DNA of 64,000 bases from Paramecium tetraurelia (lineage: Eukaryota). Positions 12,957 to 26,597 of the stretch are shown here, piece after piece. Both the position numbers and the translations under genes were made by a program. The DNA lies in the NCBI GenBank assembly GCA_000165425.1, contig CT868185.1:1-64000 (forward strand). The letters are read 5' to 3'. Numbering within the stretch: position 1 is the first letter of the stretch; each line of letters begins with the position of its first letter. The notes below the pieces were generated by a model that saw nothing but the letters and a program-made list of their open reading frames with translations, was not told the DNA's origin and made no database searches.

Positions 12957-13216
12957 ATTTTAATTATATGTTCATTAGGAATTATATATATTTAAATAAC
13001 AACATCCTATGTCAATGGAGTTTATTATTACTAAAATGTCTCAAACCATTAACACTACAAAACCATGCAATTATTCAATGAAATAAAGCTGAAAAATGAA
13101 ATTATTTTAATGTGTTCTAAAAAATAATAATTATGAAAAAATGATAACCTTCTTGAATTTATTTATTTTATTAGGCTTTGTTTGGAGCCAAAAATAATTG
13201 ATTTATTATTCAAATA

Positions 13217-15204
13217 ATGAAAAAGAACAAACAAGTTTCAGCCAAATCATAATATTTAAAAAAGAAAAAGGAAATGCCAAGTGGAGTGGATGATTTAGCA
13301 ACGCATGAAGAGAATGACATTCATTCTTTTAATTAGCTAAAATAATAACAGAATCCAAAATTTTAACAAATTGCTATAAAAGAAGGAGACACAAGTTCAA
13401 GTGAAGATGATGGGGAACTCAAGAACAGAGATGATCCTGATGAGTAATCCCGTTTTGTATTAGGCCTAATCTAAAAGAATGTACGAGTTTAAAAATATTA
13501 TGAAAATAGAGAGTTAATGAAAAAAATTCATTTGAGATACCTATGATCAATATTAAAGATCTAAATGCATTCAAATGTATGTGATTGTTCATATTTTAGA
13601 GATTGAATAAGGAGATGCTTGGAAACAAATCTCCGCTTCATTAGATGCGGGATCGAAAATATATGGGTTTAGGGTTGATTTAGTACATTAGAACACATTT
13701 AAAGTACTTGGGGGTTTGCATAGAACCTAAATTAATGAAAAACAAAATTAGGAAGAATAGCAGGAATATGAACAAGAATAATTGAGAAAAAAGAAATTAT
13801 AAAATACAGGAGGAGAGAACACACTAGAGAAAAACCAAGCAAACATAGACACAAATAAATATGATTTAGAATTTGAAATTGATCCTCTATTTTAGTAAAC
13901 ATCTGCAAAATTTGATGAAGCAGGAGCAAAGGGATTATTGATGAACAATTTGACAATAAATGAGAATTTAATGCTTGCATTGGATTCGGATGTCTTGCCC
14001 ATCAAACCTATCACATGCTCATTGAATATAGAAAGTAACATATAAAAAATATAAATAGAATATAAGTCCTTTTTAAAGAATTTACAAAATTTAAAATTGT
14101 GTCCAGAATTAACTGAATTCAGAGAGAATATGTTTCAAAAAGGATAGAATATAATAGAAATTAAATAAAACATCTCATTTGCAAATGTGATGGACCCAAT
14201 AGCTCTGAACATGGATTTTAATTAAGAAGATTAAGTATATGAGAATATGAATATGGCAGAAGAGGTAATGGATGAACAAGCATCTATTCTTTCAGTAAAT
14301 TAATAATACTAAAATGGTATGGTTAATTAATATAGCGGACATAAATTCTCATAAAATAAATTCAATATCTTAAATTTTGAATAAGCTGCAGCTAATATTG
14401 GAACAGGAAAAGTCTTTGAAAATGAGAAGGAATAAGTTGCATGGATGGCTTTGGATATGAATCAGTAGCCTAAAAAAAAAAATATTGCTTAACTAAATGA
14501 AAAGCCCAAGAAGAACAAAACTAAAAAGAAAAATGGTCTACCTTTTTCATTTGATCCTGAAGAGGATGATCAAGATTTAGATCGATAAAATATCCTTTAA
14601 AAAAGGGATAAAGAAAATTATTGCAATAACAAAGAAACCATGAATTAATTATATCTATTACCTAAATCTTATCAAATAGATAGATAAGAGTAAATATATT
14701 TAATTATATAATTAGTTTATGTTAACCATTTTAAGTTCCAAAATTACCAAAGTGGGAGGAAGAAAATTAGGAATAGCCATTTTTATAACATGATAATTTT
14801 GATACCGGAGGAATCGATGAGGATCCTTAACCACTTATAACATAATAAAATACAGCCTTTAACTCAGCATACAAAAATACTAATAATGCTCAGGGGAAGT
14901 TGAATATTCCGATTAAGGAATTAAAAACATAAGTTTGGCAGAATTTATAGTAATAAATACCTGTAATTATTTAATATTAATTTCCATATAGTTATCAACA
15001 GATAATGCTGGTTTAGAATTTAATGAGATTAACAAAATTTTACCCAAAATTTTAAAAATTCCTTAATCTAAAGGTAGAGTTTCTATACAAACTTGTTTTG
15101 TCACAATGTTACACTTAGCTAATGAATAAGGATTGAAATTTATTCAGAGTGATACTGAAAACGATTTTGTAATTCAAAGAGAAATATTGCCTCAATAATC
15201 ATGA
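13217..15204 (+). CDS. NCAPH: Condensin kleisin subunit (CAP-H/Barren/Brn1)
   Basis: ISASLDAGSKIYGFRVDLVHQNTFKVLGGL, FEIDPLFSKTSAKFDEAGAKGLLMNNL and C-terminal TCFVTMLHLANEQGL. Confidence 0.9.
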
Positions 15205-15231
15205 TTTTTTTCTAATATTTTATAATAAATA

Positions 15232-17757
15232 ATGTAATTTAAACAAATCAATTTAGAGGAATTCAATGAATAAAAAGCTTTAGATTACTTGGAATTAAAA
15301 AATTAAAGTCTCCAATAAACTCTCTTAGAAGATCCTAAAATAGCTCGTTATTTAGATTTTGCTGATTACTTGTTAAGTTATCATTTTTAATAGACGATCC
15401 ATAAGAAGGCACATGAAAGATTATTGGTGGAAATGTTTAATACAGACTATATACTTTCGAAATTGTACGGATTGGAACTGCATAAAATTAAGGAATACTT
15501 TGTAAAATTTGGGAATAGGATAAAAATTTCAGGATTTGTGTTATTACTTTTGAAATTGATATAATTTCAATTAGATGAAGTTCCATATATGATAAATGGG
15601 TTGAGAGAGTTAGCTGAAAAGATAGCTCAGAATGGAATAATCACATTTGAATAATTTGTTGCATATTATATGTCATGCAGTGAGAATGATGAGTAAGACA
15701 ATATCCAACATGCTTATTACAAAATAGTCGAAAGCAAAGGTTAAGACACAATGTACCATAAACACGAGATATAAAAAGTACTGGAAATTATATGACTTTT
15801 TAGGCAATCTACACAAAATCGATCCAAAAAATTGCTTTGCTCGAAGAAAATTAACCACAAATATATTTGTTGGGGACAGACTTTCAGATACATAAAGAAA
15901 TAAAACTAGATAATCCTGATACACATTATATAATTTTAGATTTTGACTTTGCTGAGAATATCAAAGAATTTTGTTGCAGCTTGTCTAATAATCATATTTT
16001 ATTCTTGAGTTTTGTAATAAGCTATAATTAATATTAGATGGATCAATTGCATAACAATAAATTAGTATAATGTGAATACTTATTGACCAAGATTCAATAT
16101 CTTTAAATGCTTGATCACTGGGGATCGGTCACAACAAATTAGTAATTGATATTATGGCATCCAAAGACGCATCAACAAACCAGAGTACCCTTATAATTAT
16201 AGGGTGGAAAGATTTAGAGCATAATAGAACTTTAGAAAAATGAAATGATTTGTTTATAAACTGATTTGAAAAGAGTGCACATTTTTAATCCTAAATTTGA
16301 ATAACTGATTGTTATATAGGATTCATTGCTTATTTAGACGTAATTATATCTATCATAGTTAATTTTTAGATTTATATTCTATGAAGCAGGACAATGCTTT
16401 TATTCTATAAATTTTACTCATAAAATCTAAAAATGGTTAATCGAAGAGAATGGTGTTGATTATACTAAAGATAAAACTATTCAAATTTGTAAACCAGAAT
16501 ATACAGTTCTTGCTATTGGTTTTGTTTAAGACTTATTAGTAACTTATGATTCAAGTAATTAAATTAGAGTGTTTGATACTGAGGATTTCAGAAAGTTAAC
16601 TACATATAAAAAAATACTTAAACCTACTAATCATATGAAGATTATTGAAATCAATAAATATTAATTTATAATCGTTGGTAATAGAATCAGTTCATTTGAA
16701 ATCGATGTTAGAATTGAAGAAAAGTAAATCTCTAATAAAGATGAACTTGAGAAACATAATGAAGATTTTGAAACTCAAATGAAATCTACTAAACTATTAA
16801 TGTAGTAAATTTTAAAGAATCAGCCTTAAGTGGTAAACTTTAGAGGGACCAAACATTAAGATCAGATGTAAATAATATAATTGAATTAAGAGAGTCAATT
16901 TTAGAATAAATCAAGGGGGCTAAGAGTCAATTGCTTCCGAAAATAAAAGTGAAGGAAATTCATCATTATACAGAATTGCCAGATGAGTACATTAGAGAGA
17001 AAATAGAAGAAATAGAAAAGAACATATATGCAAATAAATTGTTAAAAGACAGAATACATTAAGCAACCGAACCCTTCGTTGATTCACAACCTGATCCCAT
17101 AGATCCAAAAATATTATAAAAATTGTAGCCTTTATAATAAGGGTTCTAAAAAATAGATCATAAACATAACCAATCAGAGTAAAATGGCTCCAAGATACAA
17201 TCTGTTAGATAATTATAAAAGTAAGATTTGATTAAAAAGTATATAGTAATAGTAAAGTAAAAAAGAAGTTTGACATTTTAAATTTTGATTTGTAAGAAAA
17301 ATCAATTCGTTCAAAAATTGACCCTTTGTTAGACACAGATACAAATTTCTTATTCAAACAATTAAAAGATGATTATTTGAATGTTCAATCTAAAAAATCT
17401 ACAAAAACCTAATCATTATGTTATGAATCCAGATATGAATATTAAACTTAGAGAGGGAAATTAAAAAAATAATTATTCACAACTTAATACAAAACAAAAG
17501 GACAAAAAATAAAGACTATACAATCTATACAACCTACTAATCAAACAATTAATCAAACAATTGCTTTATCAAGAACTTCAAGAAATAGTAGAAATACTAC
17601 TTACCCCTATTCATAATTATAACAGAATGATTAGCCTCCTCCAATTCCATTAGAATGCATCCCATAGATGGAAAAGGTTAAGTTATTTTACAATGAAGCT
17701 GTTAAGGCAATGAACTATTTAAAAGAATAAAACCAATTTTTGTTTTTTGACTCTTGA
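15232..17757 (+). CDS. Large hypothetical protein with EF-hand-like N-terminus and probable WD40-like repeats
   Basis: Long table-6 frame with tiny introns. NGIITFEQFVAY is EF-hand-like, followed by beta-rich segments (QLILW, QIRVFDT) and a Q/K-rich tail. Confidence 0.5.
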
Positions 17758-17768
17758 TTCATAATTAT

Positions 17769-19571
17769 TCATAATTATTGAGAATTAATTATGTTTTAAT
17801 TTAAATTAATACAGAAACATTAAAATATCAAAATTTTTTATACATTATTGATTTTTTGAAGCGTCTAAATTATCAAATATAAAATTTACATACGCATTTA
17901 CTGCTGCTTATTTGAGAATCATATATTTACATTCGATTCCCTCTTCTGATTCGTTCATTTTAGAGAAATCTCTAATGGTTTCCTCAACCTCTTCTTTTTT
18001 GTATGACAGTTATTACTATGAATTAGAATTCTTATTTATTGCCTTCTTATTTTGACCAGTAATTTATTCCATATAAGAATTAGGAGTAATTGTTAACTTT
18101 TTTTCTTGCATATGTGGTCTCTTCTATTCTGGAGTCAATGTAAGGTTCTGCTTGCTATCGCGTGCTCGAGAATTAGAATTAAATGATAGTTTGCTTAATC
18201 TACTCAACATACTTGGCTAAATTCCTAGCATAACACTTCCATTGTTATCCATTTCAGAATGAGAATCATTGTAACTACTCACCGATTGCATTCTATTTTT
18301 TCTTCTATTAATATCTGGTGTTAAATTAGATTTTCTTTATTCTGGAGTCTTGAGCAGCGAATTCATCTCCAATTATTCAAGAGAGTAATTAAGAAGTGAT
18401 CCTCCAATGTTATTGGATGAGATGTCATCTTTTGATTTTTTAAATCTAAAAGAAAATATTTCTATTTTAATTACAATGAGGGCTTATTATTAACCAAATT
18501 GCTATTTTAACTACTAGGTAAATGACCTTCAATGGTTTATTTTCTCTTATCATCGTTCCTATCTGATTTAGGACCTGTTTCCCAATCAAAAACTAGATCT
18601 TTTTATGTATAGTTGTGTTCTTAGCATACTTTCTTAAAAAAGGACTAACAATGCTTATAATTGGGTTCAGCTTTGAATGGTAACCCTTTTATGTATTCTA
18701 GAAATCGTCCAAATTCTATTGGAATTCCTTTACAAAGTTCATTCGTTTCCATCTTCATCTTCATTTAGCCAACTTAACGCATTTTATCTTCCTCATCTGC
18801 GAATTGTAAATTTTACCAGGGTAATTAACCTTTATAATATCAAATAGGTACATTTTACCCTTTAATAAAAAGATAAGCATATAGCCTAATGATTCTAGAT
18901 CATCTCTCCTACTTAAAGATGTGCCTTTATGAGCATTAATGCTGGCATATCTTGTAGTTCCAATAAATGGTTAGTTCTCCCTATATGAACTAAATTATAC
19001 TGATTTATTTTACATGTGTGAATCATTTTCATCCTTATAAAACTTGCTAATTCCAAAGTCCACTATATATAGTAGATTCTCTTCTTCCTCTTTTCCCACT
19101 AAAACATTTTCTGGTTTAATATCACGATGCAACACTTTGCTAAATTTTTGATTTATCAATTTCTTACTTTTTGTGAATATTTTCTATGATGTTGATCATT
19201 TACTCAGCTATATTGAGTACACAGCGAAGTGAAAATTTACGAAATGTTTTCATGTAATGTGTCAAATCCCTTCCCAAATATTATATAACAAGCACATTTG
19301 AATCTCCTTCTTTTCCTGCCCAATGTAACTTTGGAATCTAAGGTACCTTTTACAATCTTTTCAGTATTTCGGCCTTAATGTTTCATGATATTTAAATTAC
19401 CTCTCGTTCTAAACTTGAGTCTTCTTTATTACCCTTCTCAATCTTTATGGCAACTAATGCCCTGGTATTTATGTCTTGACCACAGTATACTACACCGAAA
19501 GATCCAGCAGAAACTCTCTTTTTAGTTATAAAAGTGTTGTTTATCAACTTTTAAAGCTATTGATTGCTCAT
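17769..19571 (-). CDS. Casein kinase 1 family Ser/Thr kinase
   Basis: [62 protein letters not shown]. The 3' end is approximate. Confidence 0.92.
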
Positions 19572-19749
19572 TAATTTATAAACAACTCTAATTATTAAAC
19601 AAATGATAGCTGATCTCATTTATTAATTAATTCATTTATAGATTACAATTATAAATTTCTACTTTTAATTTTATCACTTCTCTTCCTTTCTAAAATAATA
19701 TTTATCATAGATTATTTCAAATAGTAAAAGAGATTAGTGTTGATACTGC

Positions 19750-21000
19750 ATGGAGAAAATATTCAAAGTTCATGGACGGCTAGAATGATATTCATTATAA
19801 ATCAAAGATATTCAAGAGTATTTTTATTGCTGCTAATTTATAATAATAAAATAATCATGACTTAAATATATACTTCAACATTAAAGGTCCGTTTAATTAG
19901 CAAATAAGATTATCGAAAAATTTACACACTTTTAGGGAAATAAAAAAAAATGGAATTTAAAGAAATACAATATGGAACTATATAAAGAATAATGGCATTC
20001 ATTAAATGCAAGACTAACAAATAAAATGGTTGAATAAACAATTTAAAGAGAATATCTTATTTCCAAAGCCTACTCTCCCTCATTCAAAACTTATGTGAGT
20101 GATTTATTAATAATTTCATCATCGCCAGACCAACATTGATTGACTTGAATAGCAAAGTATTAAATTTTATTTTATACAGAAGGTTCTTAGAGTTGATCAT
20201 GGCAATTCATTCAAATGTCCTAAAGTATCATAGCTAGCAGACTAAATAGTTTTTAGGTACATTACTTGTAAAAATCACTTGGATTGAATATTCCAACTGC
20301 AACTTCTTATAAATCTAATTGCATCAAAATAAGTTTGATTTAGAAATGAAATGGAATATAATATAGGAAGTCAACTAGGTCATTCTCGATTCTTGATGAT
20401 ATTATAATCCAAACAATCATATAATTTTATTATTTTCATTTTTACACAAATTTTAAAAATTATTTTAATATATAATTTATGTCTGAAAAAAATATAATAA
20501 TTTAATAGTTGTAATTCTTTTGTGATGAAATAAACACTATCGTCATTAAAGTTGTAAGCATTTTGTATCAACTCCGAAATGGTTTGAATTAGGCTTATCC
20601 AACTGTGGCAGCACATTTACTGCAATGCTAAATTACATCTTTGCAGTCATTCTTGCAAAATGGCAAAAATGCAAAAGGGAAACATAATAGAAGTAAGAGG
20701 ATAGCACAAAAATAGGTATAATTCCCATTTTAGTAGGCAATTAAGGTTTCAGATTTCTAACGACAAGCAGGACAGTCTATAAAGATTGGAGTCCTAGAGT
20801 CATCTGCCGATTAAGGAAATATAAACATTGATTAGACCTCTAATGGTTAGTCTATTAATTAGCTTTGGTTTAGTATTAATAAGACAGATTTTTTTTATCC
20901 TTTATATGTATCTAATTAATTAATTTTGAAAATACTTTTGCAAGTATCTTACGTTGATTATGATTCTCCAGATTTTTGCAATGAATAACAGCTAGTCTAT
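19750..21000 (+). pseudogene. Decayed coding-like remnants
   Basis: Protein-like fragments and intron-like GTA...AG segments, interrupted by TGAs and frame changes. Confidence 0.25.
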
Positions 21001-21232
21001 GAATTTTTCAGCATTATAAATTTAATAAATAATGTTTAATTAATCGATCTAATTTTGGTTTATTAATGATGTTTTAATAAAAGACTTTTTGCGATTAATA
21101 CCAAATATAAGATAAATAAGATATTATTTCAAAATGAGAAAAGTTGATAGGAAATAGATTTTTTGACTATTTTAATATTTTATTATTAACATATGAAGAT
21201 AACAGAAATAATATTAAATTAATTTATCAGTT

Positions 21233-22346
21233 ATGCAGCAATACCCATAATTAGCTCCGGTATATGAAAAATGCCCTAAACACGCTATCAATGACATTGT
21301 GTTATTTTGTCTACATGATTAATGCAGAGAAGTATATTTTAAATTTAATTTTTAAGCCCTTATGCAAAGAATGTTGTAAAATACATATTCAATTGCATAA
21401 TTTATAAGGAACACCTGCGAATATTGATACAGTTGATAGTGTTAGAGAGATGTTATTTAGTGATGTTCACAATCTTAAGGTCAGATTTGAAGAGTAAGTT
21501 TGATATGAATATGCTAGAGAAAGAGAAATATTACATCATTTTTCAGATGGCGAAAATTCTTAACTGATTAAATAAATTCATACGAAAGTAGAATAAGTCA
21601 AGAAAAATCTTCTTTAATTGGTTAATGATTACTGTAATTAATTGGAAAAAGAAATCTAAAAAAGAATCCATTAACATAAGGTATTATTTGATTTTAAATT
21701 AAGGCTGCACATCCTGGAGAGAAAAAAGAATTGCATCACAAACTGAACACAGTTATTACTTAATTGGATTCACAAGAGAGGGCACTTTTATCACAAAAAT
21801 ACATCAAAGCTTGTTTAGTTGTGATATCTGAGGAGAAGAATCATGATTTAGAAGGATTATCCCTTGATATTGACAATGCATTAAAACATTACTTGGATAA
21901 TATGTTTGATTTATGCATTCATGAAGATAAATTACAAAAAATTAGTAATATTTTTATTTATTCTACTTCTAGGTGATGCTTTGAATGAATATGTTGAAAT
22001 TCATTAAGTTAATTTAGCGGAAGAATTAGAATATTATACTTAATAAATTAGAGAAAAAAAAAGGACTTCTGGAATGCAATAGTAATAGTATAATTAGTAA
22101 TTGAAACAAAATAATGTAAAATAAGAGATCAATCCTCCTATTTCCCAAACAATTCCTTAAAGCAAACTGAATTATTCTTCTATTTATGATGCTCCTCAGT
22201 ACTCATAGAATATTCGTAAAAATAAATCCATATTTAACTTAATAGATTCTTCGCTTCAACAATCCAGGGTGGGTCCAACATCATCTAAGAATTATGAAAC
22301 TAGATTGCAACAGAATAATGAAAAATTGAAGTAATTTTATGGATGA
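21233..22346 (+). CDS. B-box-type zinc finger / coiled-coil protein
   Basis: CPKH...LFCLHDQCREPLCKECCKIH followed by heptad-rich helices. Several tiny introns. Confidence 0.7.
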
Positions 22347-22381
22347 TATTAAAATTAAAAATTATATAAATAACAGCAATT

Positions 22382-23124
22382 ATGAATAAAGGCTAATCTC
22401 CAAGAAGAGATCATTCTCCAAATTTCTTCTATAATATTACAAATGATAATTACATGTATAAGAGGAGTACAGATACATAACAAACAGATCAAAATTGCAT
22501 GACTAAATAAGCTAGAAATTATGTGAATAATGCAAACATTACAAATTCTCCAAAACCTGCTGGATCACCTTCAAGAATGAATTTTACTATGCAAAACAAA
22601 TATTTCCATCAATCAAATATTTTTGATGGAATTCAATAAACAAAAGAGTATAAGCAACCTGAATAGGCATAGAAGGAGAAATATCGAGACAATAAATCTC
22701 CTTCAATATTAAATGGAGCACAGATTAACAAAAATTATAATTGCACATCTGGTAAATCATAGCCAATAATCAATAAATCAAAATAAATTACGGTTGAGTT
22801 TTAAACAGACAACAATAATTTTGATGCTTTGGATTTAAAAAGATCTTTATTAAAATAAGGTATTTAGATTTCTGATATATAAATGAAAAATCCCATTAAC
22901 TCAGGAAGAACTAAGAATGTTGGAAATCTGACAGTGAGAGGAGATGAAGACAAGTTGTCTAATCTCCATTAAGAACTTGAAAAAGTTGGACTTAAAACAC
23001 ATGACAAACCAAATAATTATTATGTAATTTGTAAATATCAATTCTCTAGAAATAACAAGCTGATCATAGTTGGATGCTTTAGAAATAAAAATATGATAAA
23101 ATTGAATATTTCAAGAATCGTTGA
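22382..23124 (+). CDS. Hypothetical protein
   Basis: Open table-6 frame from ATG 22382, one intron at about 23024-23049, TGA at 23122-23124. Confidence 0.65.
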
Positions 23125-23149
23125 TTTCAAATAAATGTAGTATACCTTA

Positions 23150-24072
23150 TTTAATCACATCTCTTCTCTAACTTCATTTCTATTAGCAAAATTGATCCCA
23201 ATCAATTTCATCATCTATCAATGATTGAAATGAAAAAGTTCTAAGTTTCCTTTGAATCCCTACCCTACTTTATTTTGGATCAATCAATATTTTGCCTGCT
23301 TAAATAACCATATTTTTAGCTTTTCGTTATTTACATTAACCTTAAGGCTAGGATTTATGAAAGATCGAAAATAAGCAATAAATCTAAGCATATGAATTCC
23401 ATGCCCCAAATATTATTGGGAGATAATTTACATTATAGAATAATGGATACATACATTTTTGTCAAATGGTTTCAATAGTTAATAATTTTCACTGTTCTGA
23501 CATCTATCTCTGATAAAATTTAATTTAAATCAAATAAAACTTCTCTCAAAACTTTGGCTATTGTAGAATTGAGTCATTTCTATAATAATAATGAATGACT
23601 AACTAGAGGAAGTTTTCATAATCTGAATTTTGGCTCTTAAACTTCTCTATCGTCATAAGTCAACAATATATTTCAATTAATGTTATCTTTACTTAGCCTG
23701 CTTCAAATCGTAATTTTGTATTGAATAACTTTTGTTAACATTTTCTGAATATCAACTGATTTAGCTGTAATCTGAATGAATCTTAATTAATTATCTTTTA
23801 TAAAGATTTAAATAAACCCAAAAATATTATAAGCCTAAGGAATCAGTAAAGAATATCTCTTATATTAATTATTTAATTTATAGTGCGTCTGTTTTTTCTT
23901 CAAAACAATGCTAGAAAAGGTTGACGTTGTTATCATGTTAATAGTATTGTAAATAAGAATCTGGTAAATATTTCATGAAATATCAATATAAACCTTCCTC
24001 GCTTGTTCAGTTTTTAATTGATATTATTTTGAACTTTTTATTATTTTTCTTATGACTTTGTTGACTTGTCAT
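23150..24072 (-). pseudogene. Hypothetical or disrupted gene
   Basis: Coding-like minus strand, but there is an early TGA after ATG 24072 and the frame changes. Confidence 0.3.
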
Positions 24073-24119
24073 ATTAATTTCAGATTTTGAATATAATAAT
24101 ATATTGTATTTTAATTTTG

Positions 24120-26541
24120 ATGCAAAGACCCCTTGGTTCTCCTATTGATAAAAAGTCTATGATTCAAAGAAACAATGTGTCTTTAAGGAATTTGGCTGAA
24201 AAATCAATCTTTGCCAAGCAATAGCTCAGTAAGTAATAAAGATAAATGATTGTTTAGAAAAAGAAGTCAATCTATTAATCTTTAATAATAAGATGAACCA
24301 TCTATACATTATTCACATCCAATAGAAACAAAAAGGGTGTCATAAGCAAGTGTCCCTTTAATTCAGCAAGATTCCAATGAATGCTTTTAAAAAGTTCTGG
24401 GATCTAAACAAGGATCAAAAGATGGGAGTGGAGAAGAGGATGATAGGATTGTTGCAAATGAACCAAGACCGTCAAAAATTAGACGATTATCTCGTTTGAA
24501 GGATATTGAACCACCAGAATCTTATAAATTCTCACTGATCATAACTTAATAAAGTAGATTAAAATAAACCTGGGATGCAGTCATTTTTATAGTATTAATG
24601 TATAATTATACGATTTATTAGATATATTTGTATATTTACTCCATATAAAATGGCATTCATTAACGATGAAGAATACCCTGTTTGGGACAGTTTCGAAAAT
24701 CAAATTGACTTTATATTTATGGCAGATATCCTAGTCACATTTTTTTGTTCTTATTATGATGAAGAGAACAATCTAATCAAAGAACCTAAGTTAATAGCCA
24801 TCAACTATTTAAAAGGTTGGTTTACAGTCGACTTAATGGTATATATATGAGAGATAATTCTTAGTCTTGCTTTCCATTCCAATACATATTCCAAGATTAT
24901 GATAAATCCAGCAACATTGCCAGATTATCAAAACTACCCAAAATGTATAGAGTTATTAAAATGGTTAAAATATTTCGTATGATTCAATTAAAAGATGTTC
25001 AGTACATCAAAGTGATTAACATTAACATAGGAAGTGAAAGATTTCTTTATGCATTCATATTGTTGATATTTAGTTGTCATGTTACTGGATGTATTTGGTT
25101 TTTCATAGCATCATTATCAGAAGATCCTGATTGGGAATACAATTTCATTTCAGGATATGATCAATATATAGTCTCTTTATATTGGGCAGTTCAAACTATT
25201 TTAACAGTTGGATATGGTGATGTAAAAGTGTTTAAATGGCCTTCATATCTATTTGCAATATTTTGGATGCTAGTCTCTGTGTACATTTTTTCATTTGCTG
25301 TTGGTTCTTTAGCTTCTTTTCTAGACAGATTGGATCATGCAAATTCCATTTATGTGAATCGACTCTCTACTTTGAAAAACATTAAAAAAGAATTTCATAT
25401 TTCCAACACCATCTTCTAAAAAGTAAAAAAAGAATTGAAATCTGGCAAGAAAAACCTATTATTAAATTATAATACTTTATTGGAAGATTTGCCTCCCTAA
25501 TTAAGAGTTGAATTAGCATTTATTATGAATAAATAATTATAAGAAGAAATTTAGTATTTCAGAGATAAAGCACCTACTTTTATTGCTGCCATAGGACCTG
25601 TTTTAACTCCATTAAAAGTCGGAGCTCATGAATACTTATTTATGACTGGAGATAATGCAGAAGAAATTTATTTTGTAAAAAGTGGAAAATTAGCTTTAGT
25701 TATTCCAGACAATGATAATTTCAAATTCTTAATGATTAAACCTGGATCTTACTTTGGTGAAATTGATATCCTATTTTATGGAGAGAAAAGAAAATACACA
25801 ATAATGACAACAAAAAAGTGTGAATTTTATGTGCTATCAAAAAAACATTACAAACTCATTTATTTAAACTAATTCAGAGATGAAGGAGCAAAAATGATTA
25901 AAGAAGCTCAAAAAAGAAAGCAAATGATTAAGTCTGCCTACGAAGAAGCTATGCAGTTTATTGAAGCCCATGGGGATAAAAATTTTAAAAGAAATTAATA
26001 AACTTCTACTTAAACAATTTAACTTAAGCATATGAATTCCGTTTCAAGCTCTAAAAGTCCTTAAGAAAGTAAACGTTATTAAATATTTGAAGTATCTGTG
26101 TCTAATCAAAAATTCTAATTAGAGAAAATCATTTAGGAAGAGAATGAAGATGATGATCAAGAAAGAGAAACTGAAGCATTGATGTCTTTAATGGATAGAT
26201 AATAATTTAGGAAAAAGATTTCTTAGTTAGAAAAGTAAATCTAGTTGAAAGATTAAACTATATAAGCCATTTAATAGGAACTTGATGAGTTAATGACTGA
26301 AATCTAATTAAAAAATTTGGACGCATTACAAGAAAAAATCAAAGTCCCAAAAACCTTTGAAGAACATTTGTAACAAAGGCGTTTCTTGAAGGCTAATTAA
26401 AAGCTTAAAGAAAAGTTGAAAAAAAGAAGAAGTAGGAAAGTTTCATTACGTTTCTCATTTAAGTAAACAACTTCCCTTAGTGAGTCAGAATAAAACTGTA
26501 AATCACTCTCTCCTTTAAAATTCGATGGTGAATAAGATTGA
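24120..26541 (+). CDS. Cyclic-nucleotide-binding-domain (KCNH/EAG-like) voltage-gated K+ channel
   Basis: S1-S6 hydrophobic segments, S4 RLSKLPKMYRVIKMVKIFR, pore YWAVQTILTVGYGDV, CNBD GSYFGEIDIL...KRKYT. Confidence 0.95.
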
Positions 26542-26597
26542 AAGAAAATTTATTTAATACTAATTTACTGCAGTTTATATTGCCTTAATTTTGTAAG

